DNA of 64,000 nt from Octopus vulgaris (Eukaryota). Numbering within the stretch: position 1 is the stretch's first letter; every line of letters starts with the position of its first letter. A program made the translations under genes and the position numbers. The notes below the pieces were generated by a model. It was not told where the DNA came from and ran no database searches. It saw only the letters and a list, made by a program, of their open reading frames with translations. Positions 12,523-25,077 of the stretch are shown here, one piece after another. The stretch spans positions 1,488,001 through 1,552,000 of the forward strand of contig OX597823.1 in assembly GCA_951406725.2 (NCBI GenBank), written 5' to 3'.

Positions 12523-15383
12523 GATTGATTGATTGATTGATTCTAGTTTCAGCTTATGAGCTGTGGCCATGCTGGGGCACCGCCATTTGGTGTTGCTACT
12601 TGGTTTCACTTCATGGAGGCTTTCTAGCAACTGCTATTTGGTGCATGAGAGAGTTCGATGCAGCTGCCCTCATCTGCCCCTCCTGCCGTGAAGTTGGTTC
12701 ATCTGGGACACCTGACAGGAAGAGATCCAGCTTCATTTTAAAGACATTTGTATCCACCCCATGCAGGTCTCTCAGGTTCTTCGGGAGGATATTGAAGAGC
12801 TGTGGGCCTCGGAAGCCCAGGCTATCACAGAATCTTGTCCTACATCTTGATGGCAGGTTTGGAGTCCTAGGCACCACGCAGTGGCGCCCAGTTCTGGCAT
12901 TTGCGTAACTCTCGATGCCAAAGTTCAGGACACTTCCCTCCAGGATCTTCCAGATGTATATTATGGCATATCTTTCCCGCCTACGCTCCAGGGAATATAA
13001 TTTTAATCTCTTGAGTCTTTCCCAGTAGCTTACATTCTGCATAGAGGCTATCTTCTTTGTGTAGCTTCGTTGGATCGCCTCAAGTTCTGTGATCAACTTG
13101 ACACTGGATGGTGACCATAGCTGAGAGCAATAGTCAAAGTGGCTTAGGACAAGTGTCTTCCAGAGGACCATCATGGTTTCTTGTTCTCTTGTTCTAAAGG
13201 TTCTAAGAATCCATCCAGCCAGCCGTCTACATTTCATTGTCAGTTTAGCAACATGTACATGAAAGGTCGCGTCATCACTCATGTGAATACCAAGGTCACG
13301 CACTGATTGTGCCTCTGGGATTGCAATCCCTCCGGGTCCAGTGTATTCATTGGGTATTGCATTCAGTTTTGCATGCTGATAGTATAAAGCTTGAAACTTT
13401 CCAGCATTGAACTGCATGCTATTCTTTTCAGCCCACTTGTATATTTCGTCCAGCTCACATTGCAGGTGTTTAGTGTCCTCAGGGTTCTGTATTGCCTGTG
13501 AGACTTTTGTATCATCTGCATAACTTGTGATCGTGGCTCTCTGCGTGGCTGAGGGCATGTCTGAGAGGGCCATTATGAACAGTAGTGGTCCCAGAACAGT
13601 GCCCTGCGGAACACCGCTCACTATTTGTGTGTTAATGGAGGTGGCCCCATTGGCTACTACCACCTGACTTCTATCCTTCAGAAAGTCATGAAGCCATTCT
13701 CCCAGTTTTCCAACTATGTTGAGATCACGCAGTTTGTGACATATCATTCCATGATCGACTTTATCAAAGGCCTTTGCAAAGTCAAGATATATCACTTCCA
13801 CATTTGAGTGGTTGAGCAGCCGTTTCAGCACCCAGTCATAGTGTTGTAGGAGCTGAGTTAAACAGCTTCTCCCTGGTCGGAAACCATGTTGGGTGTCGGG
13901 CAGCAGGTCATTCTCTTCAAGGAAGGTGATCAGCTTCCTTCTGACTATTCGTTCCATGACCTTGCTGATGTGTGAGGTCAGAGAGATAGGTCTATAGTTC
14001 TTGGCTTCCGCTCTGCTACCTCCTTTATGAATGGGGCATATTTTACCTTCCTTCAGTTTTCCTGGAAGTTTGCCAGCTGCAAGGAAGCTCTGAAAGAGGA
14101 ACTGCAGTGGTCTTGCTAGGACTCTCTTACATGCTTTTAGGAGGATTGCCGGGAATCCATCGGGGCCAGTAGCTGAGTCTGTTTTCATTTCATCTATAGC
14201 CTTGGTTACATCGTCTTCCTTTATATCGATGTAATCTATCGTCGCCGCCTCTGATTTTATATCTGCAGTGGTAAAAAAGTCAGTTGGATTGGTGATTTGG
14301 AGATGCCCAAGGGGTGGAGTGAAAACACTCTTGAATTGCTCATTCAGTATTTCACTTACCCTCATTGGTTTTCCTGTAAGTGTGCCATCCTTTTCAAGGA
14401 GTGGCCCTATTCTACAGTGCACTGTAGCTGTTTCTTTGGCATACCTGTAGAAAGCTCTGGGGTTAGATTTTATGTTTTCTATAGCCCAGGCTTCTTTGTC
14501 TGCTCTTTCTTTTTCATGGGAGAGTTGCAGACATTTTTCGATTTCCAACAGTTTTATTTTTAGGCGGGACTTTTCACTGCTTTCAATCTGTTTGTTTAGG
14601 CGATTTGAAAATTTCGTACGCCGTCTCATTAAAATTTTCCTCTCTCTGGGGATTTTGTTCTTGTGTACAGTGGCCTTTCTCTCTGGGACACATTTGTAGC
14701 ATATGGCTTGCATTACAGACATGAATTGTTGAAGTTTCACATCGATGTCTGGCGAGGAGAGACATTCAGGCCAGTTTTGTTTGAGGATCTCTTTCTCAAT
14801 TTGTTTCCAGTTTGCCTTATGGTAGTTCAAGCTGGAAAGATTTTGAGGGTTTCTTGTAGGCTGCATGTCCGTGCTCTCTTTTGGCCCGTACATGGTCAGC
14901 TCTATCATGTTGTGATCCGAGAGTAGTGTCGGTGTCACTTTCACATTATGGATGAGATCCATGTCATTTGTGAAGCAGAGATCCAGTGTGTTACCTGCCC
15001 TGGTTGGTTGGAGTATTACCTGCTCCATGTACAGGGTGTTGATGAGGTTCAGGAGGGACCTCGCCTGTCCTCGTTCACATCTTGTCATTCCTGGGAGAGA
15101 AAGGCCCTCGGGCCATCTGACATTGGGCAGATTGAAGTCTCCCATAAGAAGCACACCTATGTGTTGTTCTAATGTGGTTAGAATTTCTTCTATTTTTATA
15201 AGGCAGTCTTCGAACTTGCCCACATGGCTTGGGGCATCTGGAGGGCGATATGTAGCACACACAACTACATCAAGTTGCCTAATATGTACAATTAGTGTGT
15301 CACACACCGAGTTTGAGTATGACAAGAGGACCTGGGGTGTGAGGTCCTCACGGATGTACATAGCAACACCTCCATGACTCCTT
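12523..15383 (-). mobile_element. Young 5'-truncated CR1/L2-group LINE
   Basis: Contains the ORF below; 3' UTR ggcggtgccccagcatggccacagctcataagctgaaac and (AATC)n tail; both flanks are (TATG)n. Confidence 0.92.
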
Positions 15384-15400
15384 TGTATGTATGTATCCAT
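12611..15400 (-). CDS. LINE ORF2: AP endonuclease (N-truncated) + reverse transcriptase, 929-codon uninterrupted frame
   Basis: YRPP, MGDFNLP, LDLCFTN, SDH (APE); GPDG, NYRPISLTS, QHGFR, YLDFAKAFDKV, GVPQGTVLGPLLF, YADD (RT). The first few codons derive from the flanking microsatellite. Confidence 0.93.
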   Translation of the reverse strand: MDTYIQRSHGGVAMYIREDLTPQVLLSYSNSVCDTLIVHIRQLDVVVCATYRPPDAPSHVGKFEDCLIKIEEILTTLEQHIGVLLMGDFNLPNVRWPEGLSLPGMTRCERGQARSLLNLINTLYMEQVILQPTRAGNTLDLCFTNDMDLIHNVKVTPTLLSDHNMIELTMYGPKESTDMQPTRNPQNLSSLNYHKANWKQIEKEILKQNWPECLSSPDIDVKLQQFMSVMQAICYKCVPERKATVHKNKIPRERKILMRRRTKFSNRLNKQIESSEKSRLKIKLLEIEKCLQLSHEKERADKEAWAIENIKSNPRAFYRYAKETATVHCRIGPLLEKDGTLTGKPMRVSEILNEQFKSVFTPPLGHLQITNPTDFFTTADIKSEAATIDYIDIKEDDVTKAIDEMKTDSATGPDGFPAILLKACKRVLARPLQFLFQSFLAAGKLPGKLKEGKICPIHKGGSRAEAKNYRPISLTSHISKVMERIVRRKLITFLEENDLLPDTQHGFRPGRSCLTQLLQHYDWVLKRLLNHSNVEVIYLDFAKAFDKVDHGMICHKLRDLNIVGKLGEWLHDFLKDRSQVVVANGATSINTQIVSGVPQGTVLGPLLFIMALSDMPSATQRATITSYADDTKVSQAIQNPEDTKHLQCELDEIYKWAEKNSMQFNAGKFQALYYQHAKLNAIPNEYTGPGGIAIPEAQSVRDLGIHMSDDATFHVHVAKLTMKCRRLAGWILRTFRTREQETMMVLWKTLVLSHFDYCSQLWSPSSVKLITELEAIQRSYTKKIASMQNVSYWERLKRLKLYSLERRRERYAIIYIWKILEGSVLNFGIESYANARTGRHCVVPRTPNLPSRCRTRFCDSLGFRGPQLFNILPKNLRDLHGVDTNVFKMKLDLFLSGVPDEPTSRQEGQMRAAASNSLMHQIAVARKPP

Positions 15401-15417
15401 GTATGTATGTATGCATG

Positions 15418-15454
<37 letters not shown>

Positions 15455-15517
15455 ATAAAACGGTAAGATAACAAAAGAAAGAAAGAGACCTCAATATTAT
15501 GTAAATAGAGGAAATTT

Positions 15518-15600
15518 ATCTATACAATATGTTACATTACTGGTAGTCAAGATAAAACTCAGAGTTTTATCTTGACTCAGTAATGTAACATATTATAGAT
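15518..15600. repeat. Near-perfect ~40-bp-arm foldback next to (TA)n
   Basis: aatatgttacattactg..agtcaagataaaactc-a-gagttttatcttgact.cagtaatgtaacatatt. Confidence 0.85.
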
Positions 15601-15751
15601 ATATATATATATATATATATACGGTTTAAGTAATTGAGATTCAAGTGAGTTCTAATGAATTCACATGAATATGGTTCTTAACTAGGATGCACCGGAAGTC
15701 TATATGGTGTTAACCATACGACAAGTGGGGTGATTACAAATAGGAAAAAAG

Positions 15752-15821
<70 letters not shown>

Positions 15822-15824
<3 letters not shown>

Positions 15825-15945
15825 GGCACAGGCGTGTCTGTTGTAGTAAAAAGCTTGCTTCCCAACCACATGGACTCGCGTTCAGTCCCACTGCGTGATG
15901 CCTTGGGCACGTGTCTTCTATTATAGCCTCTGGCCAACCAATAAA
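15822..15945 (+). mobile_element. tRNA-derived SINE 5' fragment
   Basis: Matches head of 39574 SINE: gcttgcttcccaaccacatgg..gttcagtcccactgcgtg..ccttgggca.gtgtcttcta. Confidence 0.8.
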
Positions 15946-16005
15946 AGAGTATAAATATATATATAACGATTCATTTTGCTCGCACTTTATACTACATTTA
16001 TGTAC

Positions 16006-16067
<62 letters not shown>

Positions 16068-16298
16068 TGGCTGCGTTGCACTATCAGAAATATAGATTTT
16101 TCGGCTAGTGAAGTAATACTGCTGAAAGCATAATAGTTACTAAGAGGTATCGGGGGTTTTGCAGCTATTGTATGGGGAATAACTGTGATTATCTTAAATT
16201 ATTGATCACTTCCCTATCGTTGATCAATTCTAGATTTCGTCGGCACAAGACAGAATTCTCATGTGTTACCATCAACAACGAAATCTTTACCGTTTATA

Positions 16299-17461
16299 TC
16301 TCTCTCTATATAAACGGCAGTTTGTCTGTCTCTGTGTCTGTGTGTCTGTCAGGTTGTACCCTCACCCTGACCACGGCTTTCAACCTATTCTGATGAAACT
16401 TGACACACACATAGCCCAATGTCATAATTCAAAACTAACGCAGCGAAAATTTTGAAAAATTCCCCCAGTTCTGAAAAAATCGATAAATTCGACATGGGGT
16501 CGAGAATCGAAGCTTTTTATATGCAACACATTTTCTGTTGTAGTTTTCGCAACTTCCTATCGATTTTCACCAAACTCATGGTGAAGCTTAATGTTGCTCT
16601 AAGAAACTTAATTCTGACGTTAGTTTTCCATGCAATACCTTACCATCAGAAAAAATCGATAAAATCATGCCATTTTGGGAAATCGCGTTCAACTTCAAGA
16701 TGACATATTTTCGAGAATATCTTTCACAAATTGGCATGAATTTTTTTTTAAATTCACAGCGAGCATCATGTCTGCTCCAAGGAGCTATATGGCCCTTTTT
16801 ATTCCAATAGGATACTTTATAACTGGAAAAAATCGGTTAATTAAATCATATGTGGCACACATAGCAAACCGATTTGTGTATTAAACACAAACCACAGACT
16901 GTCTAGGGGACGCAACTCGACCTTTTTAACTCTCGGAACACGTGGGGTAAGTATCCCAAAATGTATAGAAATGTACAAAAATGGCAAAAAAGTGGGCAGC
17001 AATGTGAGTGACAACAACGAAAAAGTCAAAAGTGACCAAACTGAACAAATGAATGGAAAAGGTTTTTTGGTGCACACGACAAAAGCGGTTTATAATAAAC
17101 CAAGAGTTTGCAAGTAGCGTCCGAGGACTCTTAGGGTACGTCAAAAATTTAAGGTAAAACGTTTGGGGTGGTAGCTATAAAGAAAGTTTAAACAAAATAA
17201 GTATTCGAATAACTTGCGGCTGCAGCAGCTATTAGCAGAAGTGGCGGTGTTGGGGGTAAAGTCTCGAATGTAATTTCTTCCTGGTAGGAATTGGTTGGGT
17301 TGAATTATCGATAGCTGTTTGATAGTTATTTGGGAGTGAAGAGAAGACATTGCAAACTACACATGCGCCTTCGTTCCCTAGAGGGAAAGGACTAGATTGG
17401 GATTGGTCGTTGCCTACTAGGGGCTCTTACATACCCGGGCAACGCCGGGCTATGCTGCTAG
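16299..17461 (+). mobile_element. Complete non-autonomous Helitron
   Basis: A|TCTCTCTCTATATAAA 5' end + (TGTC)n; 3' cccgggcaacgccggg hairpin then CTAG|T at 17458-17461; A|T insertion context. Confidence 0.85.
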
Positions 17462-18066
17462 TTCAAGGATAAAACTTTACGGAATCCACTTTAAAGAATC
17501 TGAAGCGCAGGGAGAGTTCAAAACATCATCAAGGATTGTTGAGATGTGCAAAATCCAAAAAACTGAAGAATGAAAAGATTTTTATAAAATATTCGGTAAA
17601 TAAACAGAAAATATAAAATTGGAATCGTGAATATTTTCTCGAGAGAAAGTTGATAAATACTTATTCCAAAGAATATAGCAGAGGTGCTTTTATATAGTTC
17701 AAAGGATAACTATGGAAAAAAGTAGGAATTTTAAAGAGATGAGTATTTCAACAGAATAATTGTAATATTTGGTATGAAAAAATGGTGGTGGAAGCGATAT
17801 CAGGTTGTAAAAGGGAAAATTGTTTAAAAAAACATTTAAAATTTAGTCATCAAGTTGATTCGTTAAGAATCGCTAATCTGACAAGAGATATTTTTATAGA
17901 TTGAAGAGGTAACTTTTTTCGAAATGAAGAGTTGGCATATCACGCAAAAAATGAATATTTATGGTGATAACTTCGGCCAACTTTCAATAACCTCTTCAGA
18001 AAACACACACACACACACATCTGTCTGTCTGTTTGTCTGTTAATGTTCTGTCTCACTCACTCTTAG

Positions 18067-18160
<94 letters not shown>

Positions 18161-19039
18161 CATATACACACACACATATATATATACACACACACATATA
18201 TATATATACATAATTATAAATATATATGTATATATATATGTATGTATATATACATATACTTATGTATATATGTGTGTGTAAGTATATATACTTACACACA
18301 CCCACGCACACTCCTTCCTACTCAACAAGCACACACCAACACCCACGCCTCCCAACTCCCACCACCTATCACCTCTGTTCTACCTCGCACCTTCATCCTG
18401 TTCGACCCACACACATCCCCCTACAACACACACACATATACGTCAGGTAGCCTCACGCACAAATGCAAGCGACCTAAAACACATATACATACGCACAAAT
18501 AGAATATACACACATTATACACCAGCAACCCCATATACACACACCAACTGATAACAGACACACGCACACTCACTCACATAATGCACAAGCATAAATACAC
18601 ACAATATTCATGCATAAACACACATAATAAACATGCACACACACTTTATACACACACACGTTATACACACATACACACGCGCATATGTCTGACAGCCTCT
18701 TACACAAACCTAAAAAACGACATTAGACCATTCACACACATACACATCCTACTCACACAAAGCATATACGCACACATTAGCTGCTACATACACGCGATTG
18801 CAGACACATACACACATCCCATAACCTCACACACACGCATACGTTAGACAGCACACACGCACGCGTACTTGTGCACTTACACGTTTACATAACCTTCATA
18901 CTCAAACACATCCTTGCTATATGCACACATACTCAGGCGCTCATCCATACACACATACACACACATACACATTATTCTCACATATATACATATTTGCGCA
19001 TTCACGCTTAGCTAGGTCGTTGTTGTCTCCCTTGCTTCC

Positions 19040-19202
19040 GGTCAATTGAACATATGTAACCATTAATCAAGACACGTTTTCCGTACAAGAGCATAGGCAC
19101 GAAACGTCAAAGAATTGTTGCATTTTTTCTAAGCGTCAAACAATAATACGCCTTGTTTGTTGTTCCTTCACCTGTCTCTGCTATTTTACACAATTTTGAA
19201 CT
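19040..19202 (+). mobile_element. Degenerate PLE pseudo-LTR remnant with decayed hammerhead
   Basis: tttt-ccgtaca-agagcataggcac-GAAA-CG-TC-aaag at 19077-19112, then gttgttccttcacctgtc..tttgaacta shared with 32860-32980. Confidence 0.45.
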
Positions 19203-19335
19203 ACACACACATATACACACACAAACACACACACACACACACACACACGTGTATAAATGGATTTATTGAAACACACATACATAGAATTATATAAGCATGT
19301 ATATGTATGCGTGAATCCGCACATTCATTCATTCG

Positions 19336-19706
19336 TGGCACTCCGTCGGTTGCAACGACGAGGGTTCCAGTTGATCCGATCAACGGAACAGCCTGCTCGT
19401 GAAATTAATGTGCAAGTGGCTGAGCACTCCACAGACACGTGTACCCTTAATGTGATTCTCAGGGAGATTCAGCGTGACAAGGCTGGCCCTTTGAAATACA
19501 AGTACAACAGAATCAGGAAGAAGAATGAATGAGAGAAAGTTGTGGTGGAAGAGTACAGCAGGATTTGCCATCATCCTCTGCCGGAGCCTCGTGCACCTTT
19601 AGGTGTTTTCGCTCAATAAACACTCACAACGTCCGGTGTGGGAATCGAAACCGCGATACTGCGACCGCAAGTCCGCTGCCCTAACCACCGGGCCATTGCG
19701 TCTCCA
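19336..19706 (-). mobile_element. tRNA-derived SINE (second family)
   Basis: Minus head gtggagacgcaatggcccggtggttagggcagcggacttgcggtcgcagtatcgcggtttcgattccc with A and B boxes. Confidence 0.8.
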
Positions 19707-19723
19707 CTACACGTACATACATA

Positions 19724-19807
<84 letters not shown>

Positions 19808-19971
19808 TATATATATTATATGTGTGTGTATATATATTTATATATACATAGACATATAATATATATACATATAAACTTAGATAAACTTAGATATGTTTCG
19901 ACCAAAGATTGGTCCAGGCCATGTCTAACTTAATAGCACCACCTGAAAGGATTATTTGAATCCTGTTTAGG

Positions 19972-22900
19972 TCAAGTTTTGTTTATGGTCGATTCAAGTA
20001 GTGAGTTTTTGTTGAGTGAGTTGTATCCAATTATGGGTGGTATTCCTTGAAGGAATCTATCCAGACTCCGTTTAAAGTTGATGGGATGCTTTTCCTCTTT
20101 GATCTCTTTCGGGGCAATGTTAAATAGGGCAGGGCCTGTTGAGGAAAAGAAATTATGTTGCAGTGTACATATATGCTGTGATCTTGAATTGGGCAGGGGA
20201 CGTATGGCCCGTGGTCCCAGTCTTGGATGAACTTTGAAGCTAAAGTTCAGGTCGTTTTGGCAAAGTTGGCGGTATATTCTCCACATCGTACAAATGATGT
20301 ACCGCTCACGGCGACGCTGGAGAGGGTAGAGTTTCAAGGCTTTAAGGCGGTCCCAATAATCGAGAGCAGCCATGCCTTCAATTCGTTTAGTGAGTGCCCT
20401 CGGTGGTGATTCAATCCTCAAGATGTTTTGTCTTGTATGGGGAGACCACAGTGGGAAGCAGTATTCGAGGTGTGGCCGTACAAAGGAGGAGAAAAGTGGT
20501 ATGATGACACCTTGTTCTCTGGACCGGAAGGTTCTTAAGATCCAGGAACTCATCCTACAAGCTTCTTGTTGATGTGTGCACTCCAACTGAGATCGTCATC
20601 AACAATTACACCCAGGTCTCTGATATTGTTAGAGGCTGTGAGCGGTTCCCCTGAAGGAAGAGAGTATGGCTGTGTTAGTGAGGAAGTTCTTCCAAAATGC
20701 ATCAGCTCAAATTTTCCCTCGTTTAGTTGCATTTTGTTTCTGTCTGCCCATTGACTCATGGCATATAGATCAGACTGGAGTTGAGTTCGGTCTGCTTCTT
20801 CATTGACGATTTGCTGGAGCTTAGTGTCATCACCAAATATTTTTACTTTGCAGTAATGTACGACACTGGAAAGGTCGTTTATGTAAATTATAAAGAGTAG
20901 CGGGGGACACCACTGGTGACTTTTGCTGGGCTTGAGTGGACTCCATCAACTACAACATGTTGTGTTCTATTCGCCAGGAAATACTTAATCCAGTGTAGAA
21001 CTTTTCCACGGATTCCAACATTTGCCAATTTTGAGAGTAGGATATTATGGTCAACCCTGTCGAACGCTTTACTGAAGTCAAGATATATGACATCAGAGTT
21101 CGAACCTGTTCCCAATGCTTTGAATATATCTTCAATGTGGTGTAAGAGCTGTGTTAGACAGTCCCTGCCACAGCGAAAGCCATGCTGATTTGCATTTAGG
21201 AGTTTGGGGGTCTCCAGGAAGTCAGCTATCCTTGATCTTAACACTCTTTCAAACACTTTAATGATGTGGGAGGTGAGTGAGATAGGGCGATAGTTGACTG
21301 CGAGGGATCTGTTTCCCTGTTTGAAAACCGGGATGACAGACTGGGATAGAAACTGTTTCGGTATATAACCTGCGTCTAACGAATTTCTCCAGAGGTTGGT
21401 CCGAGGGACTGCAAGTTGATATCTACATTCCTTCAGGAGACTAGCGGGGAATCTATCAGGGCCTACAGCAGAATAGTATTTGACCTAATTTATTGCTGCT
21501 ATGATGTCAGAGGCAGTGAAGGTTATGTCTGAGGTTTTATGTTGGGAGTCAACTTCGTTCGCTTCCCTTGCGTCAATATCAGTGGGAACACTAAAGACAG
21601 AGCAGTATTGTTTCTGCAGTATTTCTGCCATTTCTTTAGCATCGTGTTGGGGAATGGCGTTAGCATCAATTAATGGCCCAATGGGTGAGACAGTGGTTCT
21701 ATGCTTATTTGCATAAGAATAGAACACTTTTGGGTTATGTTTGATGTTTTTGATTACCCACTGTTCCTCCACAGCTCTTTGATTTTCAATGGAGGTTTTC
21801 ATGTCGGTCTGCAGATGAAGTTTTTCAAACTTTAGCCTTTTCATTGTTGTTGAACGTGGATGTTGTATGTGGGAATATTTTTATTGGTTGATTTTTTTAT
21901 TGAGTTTTTTGATGCGCCTGATGAGTGTTTTTTTTTTCTTTTTAGGGAGCCGGTTTCTGTTTATGTTAGTAGATTTCGTAGGAGCGTGTTTAGAGCATGT
22001 ATAGGTGACAATGTTCTCAAAGTGCTGCCATGCGGTCTCAATTTTGGTGGAATTGAGAGTAAAAGACCAGTCGATGAAAGACAGATCCTTTCTGATTGCT
22101 CCCCAGTCCGCTTTGTGGAAGTTTATGTTGTCAAATGAGTGCCAGGGAGTGGGATTGGCTGGTTTGGTTTTTAAATGTCGGGAATTAAAATTGCAGAGTA
22201 CCATGTCGTGGTCTGAGAGGAGAGTTTTTTCAACTGAAATACTGTGAATGAAGCTAGAGTGGTTGGTTAATATTAGATCCAAGATCGTTTTATTCTGTCT
22301 TGTTGGTTCGAGCACTAGCTGAGTCAGGAAGAATTTATCCATTAGATTAAAGAGTAATTCTGCTGCTGCTCTATCTGATGTAGAGCGTTTGCCTAACTTC
22401 AGAGTATTTGTGGGCCAGTTTATATGAGGGAGGTTAAAATCACCCATCATTAGTATGTTTCCGGAGTTGTAATTTTAAAGGAAGGACTTGATTTTGTTAA
22501 GGCACTCTTCAAAGCACTTTAGAGGTGCTTGGGGAGGCCTGTAAAGACCAACAATGATTATGTCTTTGGCCTTGTTGAATAGTGATATAGATTCACAATA
22601 GCCATTGGAAAATATGTCCTTGGCATCAAGTGAAAAGGAGTCATGGATAAAGATGGCTGTCCCTCCCTTATTTCGGTCTGTGCGATCCGCACGAACAATG
22701 GTGAAATCTTTTATTTTCACCTCGGCGTCCATATGGGTGTTGTTCAGGTGAGTCTCGGTAAGGATAAAGAAAGGGAAGCCATGTGCCGTTTCGGCAAGCC
22801 AACTCTCTATATATGGGATCTTCCATTTTTGGGCAATGATTGATGGGTTGATGCCACGTACATTTAACAGGAATGTCGAGGTAAGGGTAGTTTGATGTTT
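19972..22900 (-). pseudogene. LINE ORF2 (APE+RT) broken by frameshifts/stops
   Basis: LLNVRGI, ILTETHL, DRNKGG, GLYRPP; MGDFNLP, LDLILTN, SDH; QHGFR, YLDFSKAFDRV, SGVP; RPHLEYC, LQRRRERY across ORFs 22475-23020, 21881-22450, 21485-21844, 20888-21256, 20550-20759, 19972-20586. Confidence 0.92.
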
Positions 22901-22929
22901 GCATTGTTCTAAGTTATGTTTTATGTTGA

Positions 22930-24227
22930 TCAGTGGTAAAAATGTGGGTAGTTTTTGTATGGAGCTGTGTGTGTGTGATTTTCTTGTTGGTAGTGGGTGT
23001 GTGGTCCTTGTGATTTGCATAAATGGTTGCTGATAGCTCGTTGGATCTCCTGGCTTAGGTCGGCCTTCATATTTTCTAGATAAGCCAGTAAAAAAGAGTT
23101 GCCTCTTTGGTTTGCCACTTGGTCAGAGGATACATAGTTCATGTTTATGTTATTTGGTGTTATGGTTTTTTCATGGTTCTGTCTTCGTTGTTTGATTGTA
23201 GGAGGTGAAATGTGGTTGTATTTTGTTTTTATTGTCGTAGAACTCCTCTGTTGCTGTTTATATTTATTTTGCAATCGTTTTGTGCCCTTCAGATAGTGGT
23301 GGTTGCATTCTGGGTTCAGGCATATCCTTAGTGACACAGAAGTTTGGCACAGTTTAGGATGGAAGAAGGTGCATTCATTGCCTTTTGTGCATCCATATTT
23401 GGGATCAGGACCATGGACTCTGTATTTAGGACAGTATTTGGGGTGGAGGTGAGGGCAGTTATTTCCCGTTATACCATATGGACAGGTGCCCTTAACAAGT
23501 CTACGACATAAGGTAGGATGGAAAAAAGCACAGCGTCCCGTGTTGCTGGTGCCGCTGGGGCCAAATCTACAGTTGCATTGAGAATGGTAACAACAGAGTA
23601 TTTGACGTGGGTGTAGTAGAGGTTTTTTTATTCTGGTAGGCTCGTTGGTCAGTGGTCCTATTGTAGTAGCAGTAGCAGAGTGTTGTTGTTGTTGTTGTTG
23701 CTGTAACAGCAGTGAAACTTGACTTGCAACAGTAGGTCTGGGTGGAATCGGGTCAGATACTGGTGCCAAACAAGGTGATTCCAATGTAGTAGCAGAAGCA
23801 GACTGTTGAGTTTTGATAGTGAGTCCTGGCTTGCCAAGATAGTGTTGGGTGGAATTAGGTCATATAGCGATATCAATGAGGATGTTGTTTGTTGCTGGCT
23901 ATCGGGTCGTTGAAGCGACCCCTGACCTGTTGGAGTTGGGTCATTTGGTGCACTACATTCATTGACAAGTATGGCTTCTAGTGTTGCCATGTGCGTGTGG
24001 AAAATAGGAAATGCTCTTACGATCTCTTTTATTTTATTTTCGATCTGTTTTACAGATCTGTAAAAGGATTGTTTTGCTAACTTTTCAGCGATTTTACTGT
24101 AAACATTAGCTTTTACACAATCGTTATGGTGAGTGTAGCAAGCGTTTATCAGTGAACTGATTTCATTTTCAACCCAGTGGCGTTTTGGAATATTATTGGC
24201 CATATTCAGTGGGACAGTATTATACAC
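22930..24227 (-). pseudogene. LINE ORF1: N-terminal Myb/SANT-like (trihelix) domain + four CCCH-type zinc fingers, one frameshift
   Basis: RHWVENEISSLI..VYSKIAEKLAKQSFYRSVKQIENKIKEI (23658-24227); C..C..CAFFHP, C..C..CPHLHP, C..C..CTFFHP, C..C..CNHHY (22930-23784). Confidence 0.75.
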
Positions 24228-24648
24228 TGTATGTCAGTTATTGATGGCTTGGCGTATAATAGTGAATGCACCGTTGAAAAGTTTGTGTCGATATATTCGG
24301 AAATGCGTGGCTATATCTGGGTGTGTGTGGGAGAGTTCAGTGTATTTAGTACAAATCAGGATGAGCGGTGTGTTTAATACAAATCAAGAGAAAAGAATTG
24401 TACTCACGGGACTAGTTTTAGATCTAGTCTTGGGTTTAGTTTTAGTTTATATTTCTTTCTCCCAAGGTTGTATATAAATTTGTATAAATTTATCCTCCGA
24501 TGGTAGTAAAATAGTAGAATAGTAGAATTCAAAAGTTCTGTGACTAAAAACAAGAAAAGTTTCCGCTGGCTTGAGTTGAAATATGCTTCTTTGGCTACTG
24601 ACTTGACCGGAGCTATGAAAAAGTACGTCTTGTCACGACGAATGCCCA

Positions 24649-24699
<51 letters not shown>

Positions 24700-24795
24700 T
24701 AATCCAAACATGAACGCACAAAAAAACACAACAACGCGAGGATGTGGAACAAATATAGTATTATTGGACGCTCAGGAAAGAAGGAAAGAAGGAGG

Positions 24796-24830
24796 GTTTA
24801 ACGTTTCGAGCGGAGTTCTTCGTCGGAAAC
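24796..24830 (-). ncRNA. Minimal hammerhead ribozyme motif (mutated) in a PLE pseudo-LTR remnant (~24695-24900)
   Basis: Minus strand GUUU-CCGACGA-AGAACUCCGCUC-GAAA-CG-UU-AAAC; core has U4C and stem II one mismatch. Confidence 0.55.
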
Positions 24831-25077
24831 ATAGGAGAAGGAAAGATCCAGAGAAGGGAAGACAGAGGAAAAAAAATCGACAACGGTACACACGTGGTCA
24901 CGTGTCTTGAATGGCACAACAATGCAGAATGGACCATAATAACTCTATAACTTATAAGTAATTTAATTCTTCATATTCTGATACAATGCTTCGGAATATA
25001 AAAAAATCCTTCTTCAAACATTGCTAGAAATTAATCGAATCACTGTTAGGTTAGACATAAGTAACAATGGAACAAAA

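Larger units (their letters stand above)
19870..24650 (-). mobile_element. Full-length, frameshifted CR1/L2-group LINE (5' UTR, ORF1, ORF2, 3' tail)
   Basis: Flanked by (TA)n; tail (atctaagttt)2; ORF pieces listed separately. Confidence 0.9.

Noticed and set aside
17965-18003. Minus-strand CTGAAGA-stem-GAAG motif
   Set aside because: GAAA is mutated and there is no stem I partner; at best a dead relic.
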